DNA of 52,651 nt from a virus. Taxonomy: Duplodnaviria > Caudoviricetes. A model generated the notes under the pieces. That model saw only the letters and a list, made by a program, of their open reading frames with translations, had not been told where the DNA came from and did no database searches. The translations under genes were made by a program, and so were the position numbers. Shown here one piece after another: positions 39,251-47,687 of this stretch. Positions within the stretch are counted from its first letter, which is position 1. The number at the start of each line of letters is the position of its first letter. The stretch spans positions 1-52,651 of the IMG/VR virus record IMGVR_UViG_3300021599_002177. The stretch is one strand, 5' to 3'.

Positions 39251-39254
39251 ATAA

Positions 39255-39569
39255 ATGAGCGCAGAGAAGTATTACTCAACGGGTAGAGATTTAACTATCT
39301 CAATAGTAGAAATCAAGGCGAGCAGTATGGAAGAAGCTGAAGCGGTTATGCAGAGGTTTATAGATAAAATCGCCGAGGTAATGAAGGACGAGGTTCGCTG
39401 GGATGAAGCGGATTGGAGTATTCAGGAAAACACTATGAACGCAGAAGGAACAGGTTATTGGGTAACGGACGAGGGCGTTCCAGATTACTACGAGATGAGT
39501 GATGTGGAAGCAGACGCAGATACTCTTGCGAGCGCAGGACACGGAACGGACGAGGACTACGGGGGATAA
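39255..39569 (+). CDS. Acidic hypothetical
   Basis: C-terminal DAD.LASAGHGTDEDYG motif. Confidence 0.7.
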   Translation: MSAEKYYSTGRDLTISIVEIKASSMEEAEAVMQRFIDKIAEVMKDEVRWDEADWSIQENTMNAEGTGYWVTDEGVPDYYEMSDVEADADTLASAGHGTDEDYGG

Positions 39570-39763
39570 TTTTTCCCGGAGAAGCCCCGCTACTTTTGTA
39601 GTGGGGTTTCTTTTTTTCTCCCTACTATGTAAGAAGGGGAAAAATAAAAATAGTTTTGCAGGTAGTCATTACCCGGAAATGAAAACTTTTGGTTGAGTAT
39701 AGATTTTTCAACAACGCTATGATAAAATTATCTTGTTCATACAAACTAGGGAAAGGCAAGACA

Positions 39764-40144
39764 ATGGACACAATGGAACAGCACACGGTTGAATTAACTA
39801 GCGACTGCACTTGCACTAACGAGGACGGCACGCCTAGTAATGATTGTTTTGATTGCTGGGACGACTCAGTATGGTTGTTCAAGGACTTGATGAACACTTG
39901 GCGCAAGACGGTTGGCGTGGAGTGGGACACCGTAAGAGTTACTGGCAAAGGTATGGGTTGGCAACGCACTAGCGGTGAAGCGGTAATACCGTTCGATGAA
40001 GTCTTAGAGTTATTAAAGATAAACGGGGACTTTACTCTACGGTTCAAGCGTGAAGGCAAAGTCCTTACGGCAACACGGTCAAGCCACGATGAGCCTACTG
40101 GCGCAGGATTTACTTTCACCCTTATTAAAGGAGAGGAAGCATAA
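39764..40144 (+). CDS. Hypothetical
   Basis: Start moved to MDTM after CTAGGGAAAGG; GW...SG, SHDEPTG. Confidence 0.7.
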   Translation: MDTMEQHTVELTSDCTCTNEDGTPSNDCFDCWDDSVWLFKDLMNTWRKTVGVEWDTVRVTGKGMGWQRTSGEAVIPFDEVLELLKINGDFTLRFKREGKVLTATRSSHDEPTGAGFTFTLIKGEEA

Positions 40145-40296
40145 TGGCTTGCGAAGATTTCCCTTGTTGCGGACACGAGATGGGCGACTGCGAAGGACAC
40201 CTATACGGCTCGGACGAGTCAATTAAGCGGATGGTGATTACACGGATGAGAAGTGAAAACTTTGACCCTTACTACGATGACTGGCTAGAGAAATAG
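40144..40296 (+). CDS. 50-aa CEDFPCCGH peptide
   Basis: MACEDFPCCGHEMGDC...; TAATG coupling. Confidence 0.6.
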   Translation: MACEDFPCCGHEMGDCEGHLYGSDESIKRMVITRMRSENFDPYYDDWLEK

Positions 40297-40305
40297 GAGA
40301 GAGAA

Positions 40306-40449
40306 ATGGGAAAAGATTATTTATCTATCTTGATGGAGTGGAAGCCTGATGGAAGTTTCACGGAAGAAGATTTATGGGATGCTATCGCTGAAGCGGAAGG
40401 AGTAGATGTAAGCGAGATAAGCGATAGGGATTTAACGGAGTTTATTTAA
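40306..40449 (+). CDS. 47-aa acidic peptide
   Basis: AGGAG RBS; EEDLWDAIAEAEG. Confidence 0.6.
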   Translation: MGKDYLSILMEWKPDGSFTEEDLWDAIAEAEGVDVSEISDRDLTEFI

Positions 40450-40612
40450 TTTTCCCCCATAGTAAGTAGAAGCCCCTGCCAAACGGTGGGGGTTTCTCTT
40501 TGCTACATAAGAAGGGGGAAAAACAAATAAACTTGAAAAGGGCAGGGAAGTAGAGTATTATTTTCTTAACGGCAAATCATTAGGGATAAGCCGATTGTTC
40601 TAGGGAGAACAA

Positions 40613-40993
40613 ATGCAAAACTCAGACAAGATGACGGTGGGAATTACTTTCACCGTTGGCGAGTTGTGGGAAGCCGTCTTTGGTTCAGACGGCGCAGGAA
40701 TGGTTCACTGGTCTACCGAAATCAGAAATGAAAACGGCGAGGACATTGATTTATGGACTACCGATGAAAACGGTGAGTCAGTAACAAATCCACAAAACTT
40801 CCGAGTTTATGAAGATGAAGAAGAGAAGTGGCACGATGTATCTCTCGAACAACTTCGTGTTGGTTTCGAGAAGGCTCTTGTTGAAAACTCAACTCATTGC
40901 GGTGGCTATGCGTTGAAGCTTGATGACTACGACGCTTGCTTCGGCGACATCGTTATTCAGTATGCGGTATTCGGAGAACTTGTCTACGGATAA
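40613..40993 (+). CDS. Conserved phage hypothetical
   Basis: C-terminal DA..GD..IQYAVFGELVYG. Confidence 0.75.
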   Translation: MQNSDKMTVGITFTVGELWEAVFGSDGAGMVHWSTEIRNENGEDIDLWTTDENGESVTNPQNFRVYEDEEEKWHDVSLEQLRVGFEKALVENSTHCGGYALKLDDYDACFGDIVIQYAVFGELVYG

Positions 40994-41154
40994 GCAAAAG
41001 TAGAGAAGCCCCTTGCTAAACGGCAAGGGGTTTCTTTTTTCTCCCTATCTATATATAAAGGGGGAAAATAAATAACGGCGTGGAGATATGGAGAAGTGCA
41101 GGAAGGTTTGGTAGAATTAATGCACCAGCAAGGGGCTGGTAAAGAAAGGGAATT

Positions 41155-41370
41155 ATGAGCACAAATTATGTTGGAGTATCTCATCCTTGCGACGAGTGCC
41201 GAGTAGAAGTAAGTTTTATTATCCCAACAATTGACTCATCAACAAAAACATCGGAAACACTCATTGACGATAAAGGGAATATTGAATACTGGAAAACAAT
41301 GAGTTGCGATGAGTGCGGAACAGTTAGCACTCACGCTGGTGTCTACCAATCAGAATGGATAGATGTTTAA
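41155..41370 (+). CDS. Small zinc-ribbon protein
   Basis: Two CDEC motifs. Confidence 0.65.
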   Translation: MSTNYVGVSHPCDECRVEVSFIIPTIDSSTKTSETLIDDKGNIEYWKTMSCDECGTVSTHAGVYQSEWIDV

Positions 41371-41529
41371 ACTTACATTGAGAAAAGCCCCGCTTCGGCG
41401 GGGTTTTTTTTCTTTCTCTATATAAGAAGGGGGAAAAATAAAAAAGGATCCAGGTGAAATAAAAAGTCAGGAAAGTATGTTAGACTTAATACACACTCGC
41501 TAAGGGAGCGAGAGAATAGGGAAACAAAA

Positions 41530-41838
41530 ATGGAACTACTAACGAAAGAACTTCGCAAGAAGTTGCCACCGCTTTACGCAAATGAAGAAGTGAAAGACCC
41601 AATGGTAATTGCTAAGTTTTTTGCGCTCGCAAGCAACTGGACTTGGTTTGCTATGGAGTTTGACGGAGAAGATTTATTCTTCGGAATGGTTCACGGCTTT
41701 GAGAAGGAGTTAGGTTACTTCAGCCTGAAAGAGTTACAGAGCCTGAAACTTTCAATGGGCGGAATCGAAATCCCTGCGGTTGAAAGAGATATCAACTGGA
41801 CACCCCGCCGACTCTCAGAACTCAAGGAATACGCCTAG
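41530..41838 (+). CDS. DUF2958 family protein
   Basis: LP.LY..E...DP....KFF....WTW...EFD....FFG.V.G.E.ELGYFSL.EL...ERD. Confidence 0.85.
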   Translation: MELLTKELRKKLPPLYANEEVKDPMVIAKFFALASNWTWFAMEFDGEDLFFGMVHGFEKELGYFSLKELQSLKLSMGGIEIPAVERDINWTPRRLSELKEYA

Positions 41839-42020
41839 AGTAAAACGAAAGAACCCCCGTCAAACGGCGGGGGTTTTTTTCTTTCTATATATAAAGGGGG
41901 AAAAAAGAAACACCGAGAATGTTATTGAAAAAAGCATGAAAGCAAAGTAGAATAATAACAACTTGGTAGGGGGAAGCCGTTGGTCACCTGAACGACTTGA
42001 ACTCTAGAGGGTCGGAAACA

Positions 42021-42245
42021 ATGCGGCTCCCTACTAAGCAACTAGGGAAAAAAGAATATCCAGAAATCGTTGTTCCGCTTGTAGGACAAGACGGCAACGC
42101 AGTCGCAATTATGGGACGAGTGGCAAACGCTATGCGTAAGTCAGGAGTCGCACAGGAAGAGATTAATCAGTATCTCGATGAAAGTATGTCGGGAGATTAC
42201 GATAATCTTCTTCGCACCGCTATCAAATGGGTAGCAACGGAGTAA
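42021..42245 (+). CDS. Conserved phage protein (start ambiguous)
   Basis: YP.I.V.LVG.DGNA.AIMGRV..AMR...SGDYD.LL; no ATG after the CTAGGGAAA at 42042. Confidence 0.65.
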   Translation: MRLPTKQLGKKEYPEIVVPLVGQDGNAVAIMGRVANAMRKSGVAQEEINQYLDESMSGDYDNLLRTAIKWVATE

Positions 42246-42333
42246 CTTCCCTTAGGAGAAAGCCCTTGTCGAAAACGGCAAGGGTTTTTTCTTGTCTATA
42301 TATAAAGGGGGAAAAAGAGAGTAGGATAGAAAC

Positions 42334-42642
42334 ATGGATAAGATAATGAATATTAAAAATGTAATGTTTATAGGTGATTATTTTTCAATGATAGTAAGTG
42401 TTGCCGTATCAGAAGATGATTTACAAAATGGAGAGACTTATGAGGACGCTTGTTTAAGAGCTGCGGGTAATCTTTTGAAAGGGCAGTATGGCTGGGATGT
42501 AGTCGCCGTTTCAAATCACATAGGCGTTCTTGATGAGGGAGACCCTAATTGTGAAACTTGTTATGGAGAGGGAAAAGTAAGAAGTGAAGTAAGCGGTCAG
42601 ATGAGAGAGCTGGAATGCCCCGATTGTTTTAATAAGCGTTGA
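42334..42642 (+). CDS. Hypothetical with DnaJ-type CxxCxGxG zinc finger
   Basis: CETCYGEG...CPDC; TAGGAT-N6-ATG. Confidence 0.65.
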   Translation: MDKIMNIKNVMFIGDYFSMIVSVAVSEDDLQNGETYEDACLRAAGNLLKGQYGWDVVAVSNHIGVLDEGDPNCETCYGEGKVRSEVSGQMRELECPDCFNKR

Positions 42643-42718
42643 TTTGAAAAAATGCAGGAAAGCGACTACAATCGGACTACAATTTAATACCGACACTAAC
42701 TAGGGAAAGGAAAGATAA

Positions 42719-42808
42719 ATGGCAACACTTCAAGAGAAGCTAGATGAAGCTTCAGAAGCTTGCGAAGTTATCTTGGCAGAATTGCTGGACGAAATAGAGA
42801 AAGACTAA
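42719..42808 (+). CDS. 29-aa acidic peptide
   Basis: MATLQEKLDEASEACEVILAELLDEIEKD; full promoter, RBS and terminator. Confidence 0.6.
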   Translation: MATLQEKLDEASEACEVILAELLDEIEKD

Positions 42809-42908
42809 ATCGTTCGAGAGAAGCCCCCGCCCCTGCGGGGGTTTTTCTTTTTCTATGTATGTAGGGGGAAAAAGTTTTTGCACCGAAGTTGTAATGCTAG
42901 AATAAGAG

Positions 42909-43013
42909 TCCAGGTAGTAGCGAGGACTTCCCTTCCTATCGCTCCCTGATGAGATAGGCTTCCCTGCCTATCGCACCTCACCCCTGCCTCCCTAGCGGGG
43001 GTGAAGTGTCCCT
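42909..43013 (+). ncRNA. Candidate triple-hairpin sRNA with UCCCU loops
   Basis: After TGCTAGAAT -10; no ORF; loops CTTCCCT, TTCCCT, CTCCCTA. Confidence 0.65.
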
Positions 43014-43072
43014 ATTGAAAATGTCAGATAGGTAATGTAGAATAAAGACAGTAGCTCGGAAGGGAGAAAGTT

Positions 43073-43309
43073 ATGAGTTATGAAGGAAGTATGAAAGGTT
43101 CGGGTATCTACTCCGAAGATGTAACACTTGAGGTTGAGTGTGATGAGTGCGGTAAGTCTTGGGAAGAAGATTTTATGACCGACGACTGGGGAAATGTATC
43201 CTCAGAAGTAAAGTGCGAGTGCGGTAATGCTTGGACTTTTGAAAAGGAACAAGAGGAAATGGGCGACCCTAATGCGCCTGATACCTTAGAAGAGTTATGG
43301 GGCGAATAG
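43073..43309 (+). CDS. Small acidic zinc-ribbon protein
   Basis: CDECG...CECG. Confidence 0.7.
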   Translation: MSYEGSMKGSGIYSEDVTLEVECDECGKSWEEDFMTDDWGNVSSEVKCECGNAWTFEKEQEEMGDPNAPDTLEELWGE

Positions 43310-43397
43310 ACCCGAAGCCCTCCACCGAAAGGTGGGGGGTTTTTCTATATAAGAAGGGGAAAAATCAGGAAGGTTGAGTGCGGTTATTCTTTAGAGT

Positions 43398-43643
43398 ATG
43401 GAAATAGTTCAGAAGGTATATCACTCAAATGGATCTAGTGCGCCGTTTATTGTTGCCATAGTTGATGACCCTGATGCCGGGGATACAAAACTTGTAATTA
43501 TGTTTGAAGATAATGAATACACCGCCGTTTTATCGTTAGACAGACTTATTGAAAATGAGGATATAGGAGACAGAAACTCTCATAGTGCCGATAAGTATGA
43601 GTATGCCTTGCGTGATGAACTTTGGAATGATTTTAACTACTAA
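43398..43643 (+). CDS. Hypothetical
   Basis: H.NG..APF motif; TATTCT-N7-ATG. Confidence 0.65.
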   Translation: MEIVQKVYHSNGSSAPFIVAIVDDPDAGDTKLVIMFEDNEYTAVLSLDRLIENEDIGDRNSHSADKYEYALRDELWNDFNY

Positions 43644-43657
43644 TTAAGGATTGAGCA

Positions 43658-44227
43658 ATGACCACAATAGCATCAGTGCAGGGTGATGGCTGGGCGGTTA
43701 TTGGTTATGACTCCAGAGTTTCAGAGGAAGAAGGTAGAACTTATATTCTGCCGAAAGACAATGGAAAAGTTTTTAAGAATGGTAACTACATAATTGGAGT
43801 AGCTGGTGATGTGCGGGCTATTAATTTATTGGCTCATGTTTTTAAGCCACCAGTTTGCACCATAAACACTTTAGGGGTAAAACTAAATAAGTTTATGACT
43901 GCCGTATTTATCCCAGAACTTAAGAAGTGTTTTGAGGAAGCCTCTTACTCAAAAGATGGCGACCACGAAAGTCAGATTATTGTTTTAGTTAATGGAACTA
44001 TCTATGAGATAGGTGAGGACTACTCTTGGTGCCACGATACCGTTGGGGCATACTCTATTGGTTCAGGTTCAGCCTATGCTCTAGGCGTTCTTAATGCCTT
44101 ATCAGAGGGAAAGAAAAGAACTCTCACTAACGCAAGGTCAGCTATCAAAACTGCGCTCGCCGTGTCTGCAAAGTTTGATAACAAAACTGCCGAACCTTTT
44201 TATCTTTTAACGCAATACCGAGATTAG
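43658..44227 (+). CDS. HslV/proteasome-beta-like Ntn peptidase, copy 2
   Basis: MTTIA...DSR...K...GVAGD...SIGSGS.YALG...D. Confidence 0.85.
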   Translation: MTTIASVQGDGWAVIGYDSRVSEEEGRTYILPKDNGKVFKNGNYIIGVAGDVRAINLLAHVFKPPVCTINTLGVKLNKFMTAVFIPELKKCFEEASYSKDGDHESQIIVLVNGTIYEIGEDYSWCHDTVGAYSIGSGSAYALGVLNALSEGKKRTLTNARSAIKTALAVSAKFDNKTAEPFYLLTQYRD

Positions 44228-44287
44228 TTTTTCCCCCCTTATACATAGACAAAAAAATAACCCCCGATTTCTCGGGGGCTACTTTCT

Positions 44288-44404
44288 TTAGCACTTTTCG
44301 CAAAGTATGTTGCGGTAATAATCTATTTGCCTAATTTGGAATTGCTCTCCGCACCGATAGCAATTTATCCAAATCATTACTTCACTTGCTTTTACTCTTG
44401 CCAC
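44288..44404 (-). CDS. 38-aa zinc-binding peptide
   Basis: MARVKAS...CYRC...CEKC; AAGGGAA RBS. Confidence 0.5.
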   Translation of the reverse strand: MARVKASEVMIWINCYRCGEQFQIRQIDYYRNILCEKC

Positions 44405-44606
44405 TTGAGTTCCCTTTCTCTTGGCTTGTATCTTAATTTTATCTTATGTGCCGTCAAAAGTGTGGGAACTTATAAGTTGGCGTGTTATTTATTTATTTTT
44501 TATTTTCCCCTTTATATGTAGAAAAAGTCAGGAAAGTCGTGTAGAATAAAGCCATACACACTCGCTAAGGGAAGCGAAGGTGAATAGGGATAAAGGGGTA
44601 ATTAAA

Positions 44607-45251
44607 TTGCCAAAGGAAAAAACAAAAGTATGTATTGGGTGTTTCTATCCTCTACCGCTTTCACAGTTTAATAAATACAACTGGGGCGTTGATGGAGTAA
44701 GAGCAAGATGTAAGAAGTGTTTCGCAATTCACCGCAAAGGTGGCCCGGCTCGCACCGCAAAGCGCAAGGAACTATTAGCAAAAGGATTACGCCCTTGCTC
44801 TGGTTGTAAAAGAAGCAAGCCTCTATCCTCTTTCCAAGAAAAAACATACGCAAATGGAAATGAAGGCTGGGAAGGTCAATGTAAGAGTTGCGTATCTAAG
44901 TCCTCAAAAGTTAAGAACGCGAACAGAAACAAAGATACAAGAGGTTTCGTGTTTGAGTATCTAAAGAAGCACCCTTGCGTGGATTGCGGTGAAACCAATG
45001 TATTAGCCCTAGAGTTTGACCATATTCACAGCAAGAAGTTTGATATTGGAAACGCACTAAATAGCAATAAAGGTATGAAATTAGTTAAGGCAGAAATTAA
45101 AAAGTGTGTTGTGCGTTGCTCTAGTTGCCACCGCATAAAGACTCACATAGAAAGAGATACTTGGAGATTTAATCTATCTTTACAAGACAAGGCTACAAGC
45201 CGTAAAATTAAGAACACAAAGCAATACAAAACTTTAATGAAGGCGGGGTGA
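44607..45251 (+). CDS. Zn-finger + HNH endonuclease
   Basis: Two CxxC...PLS.F...CKxC repeats; PCVDCG...LEFDH...KC.VRC..CHRIKT (same family as 3149-3589). Confidence 0.85.
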   Translation: MPKEKTKVCIGCFYPLPLSQFNKYNWGVDGVRARCKKCFAIHRKGGPARTAKRKELLAKGLRPCSGCKRSKPLSSFQEKTYANGNEGWEGQCKSCVSKSSKVKNANRNKDTRGFVFEYLKKHPCVDCGETNVLALEFDHIHSKKFDIGNALNSNKGMKLVKAEIKKCVVRCSSCHRIKTHIERDTWRFNLSLQDKATSRKIKNTKQYKTLMKAG

Positions 45252-45255
45252 TTAA

Positions 45256-45378
45256 ATGGGATATGTAGAAATCTTTCGCTTAGATGAGGAAGGTGCTGGC
45301 TGGGTAAATCTAGAGGAAGCCACACCTGCCGAACTCTCAAATCTAGAAAAAGGTTTAGCAGAGGAAGGCGCACTTTAA
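45256..45378 (+). CDS. 40-aa acidic peptide
   Basis: MGYVEIFRLDEEGAGWV... Confidence 0.55.
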   Translation: MGYVEIFRLDEEGAGWVNLEEATPAELSNLEKGLAEEGAL

Positions 45379-45466
45379 GAAAGGAAAGGGGGCGCTCGCA
45401 AGGGCGCTCTCTTTTCTCCCTATATAAGTAGGGGGAAAATAAAAAGAGAGAAAGGAAAATAAAGCT

Positions 45467-45661
45467 ATGAAGTTTCTACCTGATAGTGCGGTGCTTGGGA
45501 CACTAGGACACATTAAGAACGCCACAAGAAAGAAAAGAGGTAGTGCGGTTGGGTTGAGTATGGTTAGAGATAGACACGCTTATTACTACCCACGCAGAAC
45601 CACGCAGGAATTATTAGCCTTAGCAGGACACGCCCGAAAAGCAAATAAAGCAGGAAAGTAG
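45467..45661 (+). CDS. Small basic hypothetical
   Basis: AAAGGA RBS. Confidence 0.5.
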   Translation: MKFLPDSAVLGTLGHIKNATRKKRGSAVGLSMVRDRHAYYYPRRTTQELLALAGHARKANKAGK

Positions 45662-45727
45662 AAAAAAGCAGGGAAGTAGTGTAAAGTTCTACTAGTGGCT
45701 AAGGGAGCCACAGAAAGCAGGGACAAA

Positions 45728-45883
45728 GTGAAAACAGAAGCAAAGTTTATTAGGCGCAGAATTGCGGTTGCTCTTATTGCGCTCGCTCTTATTGCTTGGG
45801 CGTTTGACGCAACAACACCTGAACAATGCAAAGTTCCAGTTGAGCAGATGAATAGTTTTTGTAAGGACTTGCTCTACCCGTAA
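45728..45883 (+). CDS. Small membrane protein
   Basis: RRRIAVALIAL TM...TP.QC.V.VEQM..FC; GTG start after CAGGGA. Confidence 0.65.
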   Translation: MKTEAKFIRRRIAVALIALALIAWAFDATTPEQCKVPVEQMNSFCKDLLYP

Positions 45884-45918
45884 GGGTAGGGCAGGTCTCT
45901 ATATATAAAGGGGGAAAA

Positions 45919-46152
45919 ATGCCTAGACTTAGAAAACCAGAACCAATTATGTTAAATGATGATGAACTCTATGCGGTTATGCGAGCCACATTTCAACACC
46001 CTAAAGTTCGTAAATGGAAGCCGACAGGTTATGAACTAGAGTTATTAAAAGACGCTTACGAAAAAATCGCTACAGAGTATTACGCTCGTGCAGAAGAAGA
46101 GCAGCGCATTGACAATGAACTACAACTAATAAGAGCCGAATACGAGGGATAA
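45919..46152 (+). CDS. Hypothetical
   Basis: ORF starting right after a 21-bp box. Confidence 0.6.
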   Translation: MPRLRKPEPIMLNDDELYAVMRATFQHPKVRKWKPTGYELELLKDAYEKIATEYYARAEEEQRIDNELQLIRAEYEG

Positions 46153-46155
46153 AAG

Positions 46156-46344
46156 ATGATGTTTGATATTGGCTTTGGGCTACCGACTTACTTGGCTCAT
46201 ATAACTATTGGAGTTGGTCGCTACACCCTTTGGCTAAACATTGTGGCTACTAACTGGAAAACAATTCATTTTGGAAAAAGGTGGGGCGACTGGGTTGGTT
46301 GTTTCTCCGTCTTTACTTTTGCCTATACAAGGAAGGAGGGGTAG
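46156..46344 (+). CDS. Hypothetical
   Basis: Operon context. Confidence 0.5.
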   Translation: MMFDIGFGLPTYLAHITIGVGRYTLWLNIVATNWKTIHFGKRWGDWVGCFSVFTFAYTRKEG

Positions 46345-46346
46345 AT

Positions 46347-46538
46347 ATGGTTTTAGATAATGGAACAATGCTTGCAATAATTATTGCGCTCGCAGGTTCG
46401 TGTTTTGTTATGGTTGTTGGTATCAGAGCGCAGGGACAGTTGCACCGAGTCATCAACCAAAAGAATGAAAAAATCAGATTTCTTGAAGCGGAAATCTCTA
46501 GACAGAAAAGGAAAGAACTAACAAATGAAAGTCGCTAG
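46347..46538 (+). CDS. Small membrane protein
   Basis: MVLDNGTMLAIIIAL; AGGAGG RBS. Confidence 0.65.
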   Translation: MVLDNGTMLAIIIALAGSCFVMVVGIRAQGQLHRVINQKNEKIRFLEAEISRQKRKELTNESR

Positions 46539-46755
46539 TATTCAAGAAGAAGCAGTAAAGCTTTATGAAGGTGGGCTGGCTATTGAAGCAGTCGCTAAGG
46601 AGTTGGGGGTTGCCTACCGAACTGCAAGAAAGGCTATCTACTCTAAAGGGGTAGTGGCTAGAGACCCTTCTGCAAGGCTACTAGGTAGAACAAGTCCTAC
46701 TGGAAAGAAGGCACAGGCAAAGACAACAACTACTAAGAAGAGGGGAAAAAAGTAA
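46525..46755 (+). CDS. Helix-turn-helix DNA-binding protein
   Basis: LYEGGLAIEAVAKELGVAYRTARKAI. Confidence 0.75.
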   Translation: MKVASIQEEAVKLYEGGLAIEAVAKELGVAYRTARKAIYSKGVVARDPSARLLGRTSPTGKKAQAKTTTTKKRGKK

Positions 46756-46920
46756 ATGGACTTTAACCGAATTGTTTGGACTGCCGTTCTTTCTATGGCG
46801 CTCGCAGTAGGTTCAATTATTGCTGGACTACAGAACAGTTCAGGGGGAGACAGTCTTGCCTTGTCTCTCGGACTGAGTTCTATCGCTCTTGCAACCCTTT
46901 CAGCAAGGGAAAGACGCTAG
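46756..46920 (+). CDS. 54-aa two-TM protein
   Basis: MDFNRIVWTAVLSMALAV...LALSLGLSSIALATLSARERR. Confidence 0.55.
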   Translation: MDFNRIVWTAVLSMALAVGSIIAGLQNSSGGDSLALSLGLSSIALATLSARERR

Positions 46921-47237
46921 GCGCTCGCAAGTCTCTAAAGTGTGGGGAAGGGCTGAAAACAGTCCTTCCTGCACTTTTTTTGGGGCATTTAAGGATTTTT
47001 ATGGATTTAGCACGCTCAGCAGGGCTTTTAAGCGTAAAAAGTATTTTTGAGACACGCATACTGCGGATTTGACTAGGGGACTTCCCTGCACTTATGCTAG
47101 AGTTTATGCAGTACCAAAGAACGACACAAGGAGATCTACGAATTAGACACTTGAAGTAAGGCTATCCCCTAAGAGGCGATGGTCGGGTTGGCTCAGAGAG
47201 CAACCCTGTCCCCGTAACCTAACAAAGGAAAAACCAA

Positions 47238-47687
47238 ATGAACCCAACTCTAAAGACCCCTGAAAAGGTATTGGCGCTGGTATCGCTCTTTATAGTTCTA
47301 TCATCAGGAGCAGTAGCAGTAGCAGTAGAGAACAAAGTCCAAGAGGTTGTCGCAACAGAGCAAGTGGCAACAGAAAGAGTAAGACCCGTAGTTGAGTCAG
47401 AGCCAGTCAAGAAGACTAAGCCTCTCTCCTACTTTGAGAACAAGACAAGCCTTACCGACATTGAGTTGGTGTGGCTATTAGAAGCCGTAGGCTTTGAAGG
47501 TCAAGACCTAAAAGAAGCTTGGGCAATAGCCAAGAAGGAAAGCAATGGTCGCCCCCTTGCCTTTAATGGCAACACGCTAACTGGCGACAACTCTTACGGC
47601 ATATTCCAAATCAACATGATTAACTCTCTAGGCGAAGACCGTAGAGAACCTTATGCCGTTGCTTGGTTCTCTAGTGCCTTCAACTAG
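47238..47687 (+). CDS. Secreted lytic transglycosylase-like protein, C-terminally truncated
   Basis: Signal/TM; AWAIAKKES (catalytic Glu), GDNSYGIFQIN; ends abruptly after LGEDRRE. Confidence 0.75.
   Translation: MNPTLKTPEKVLALVSLFIVLSSGAVAVAVENKVQEVVATEQVATERVRPVVESEPVKKTKPLSYFENKTSLTDIELVWLLEAVGFEGQDLKEAWAIAKKESNGRPLAFNGNTLTGDNSYGIFQINMINSLGEDRREPYAVAWFSSAFN

Larger units (their letters stand above)
32512..45919. repeat. Dispersed 21-bp box CTAYRTAWRWAGGGGGAAAAA, about 20 intergenic copies
   Basis: Plus: 35952, 36650, 39003, 39625, 40503, 41049, 41418, 41885, 42296, 42853, 43345, 45420, 45899; minus: 32512, 34031, 35929, 38380, 40450, 44228, 44503. Confidence 0.9.

Noticed and set aside
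42908-42978. Hammerhead ribozyme (CTGATGA followed by a stem)
   Set aside because: Stem is followed by GCAC instead of GAAA and no stem I/III closes the core.
32512-45919. 21-bp boxes as CRISPR repeats or integron attC sites
   Set aside because: Spacing is gene-sized and irregular, orientation mixed, no attC R-box hairpin and no integrase in the window.
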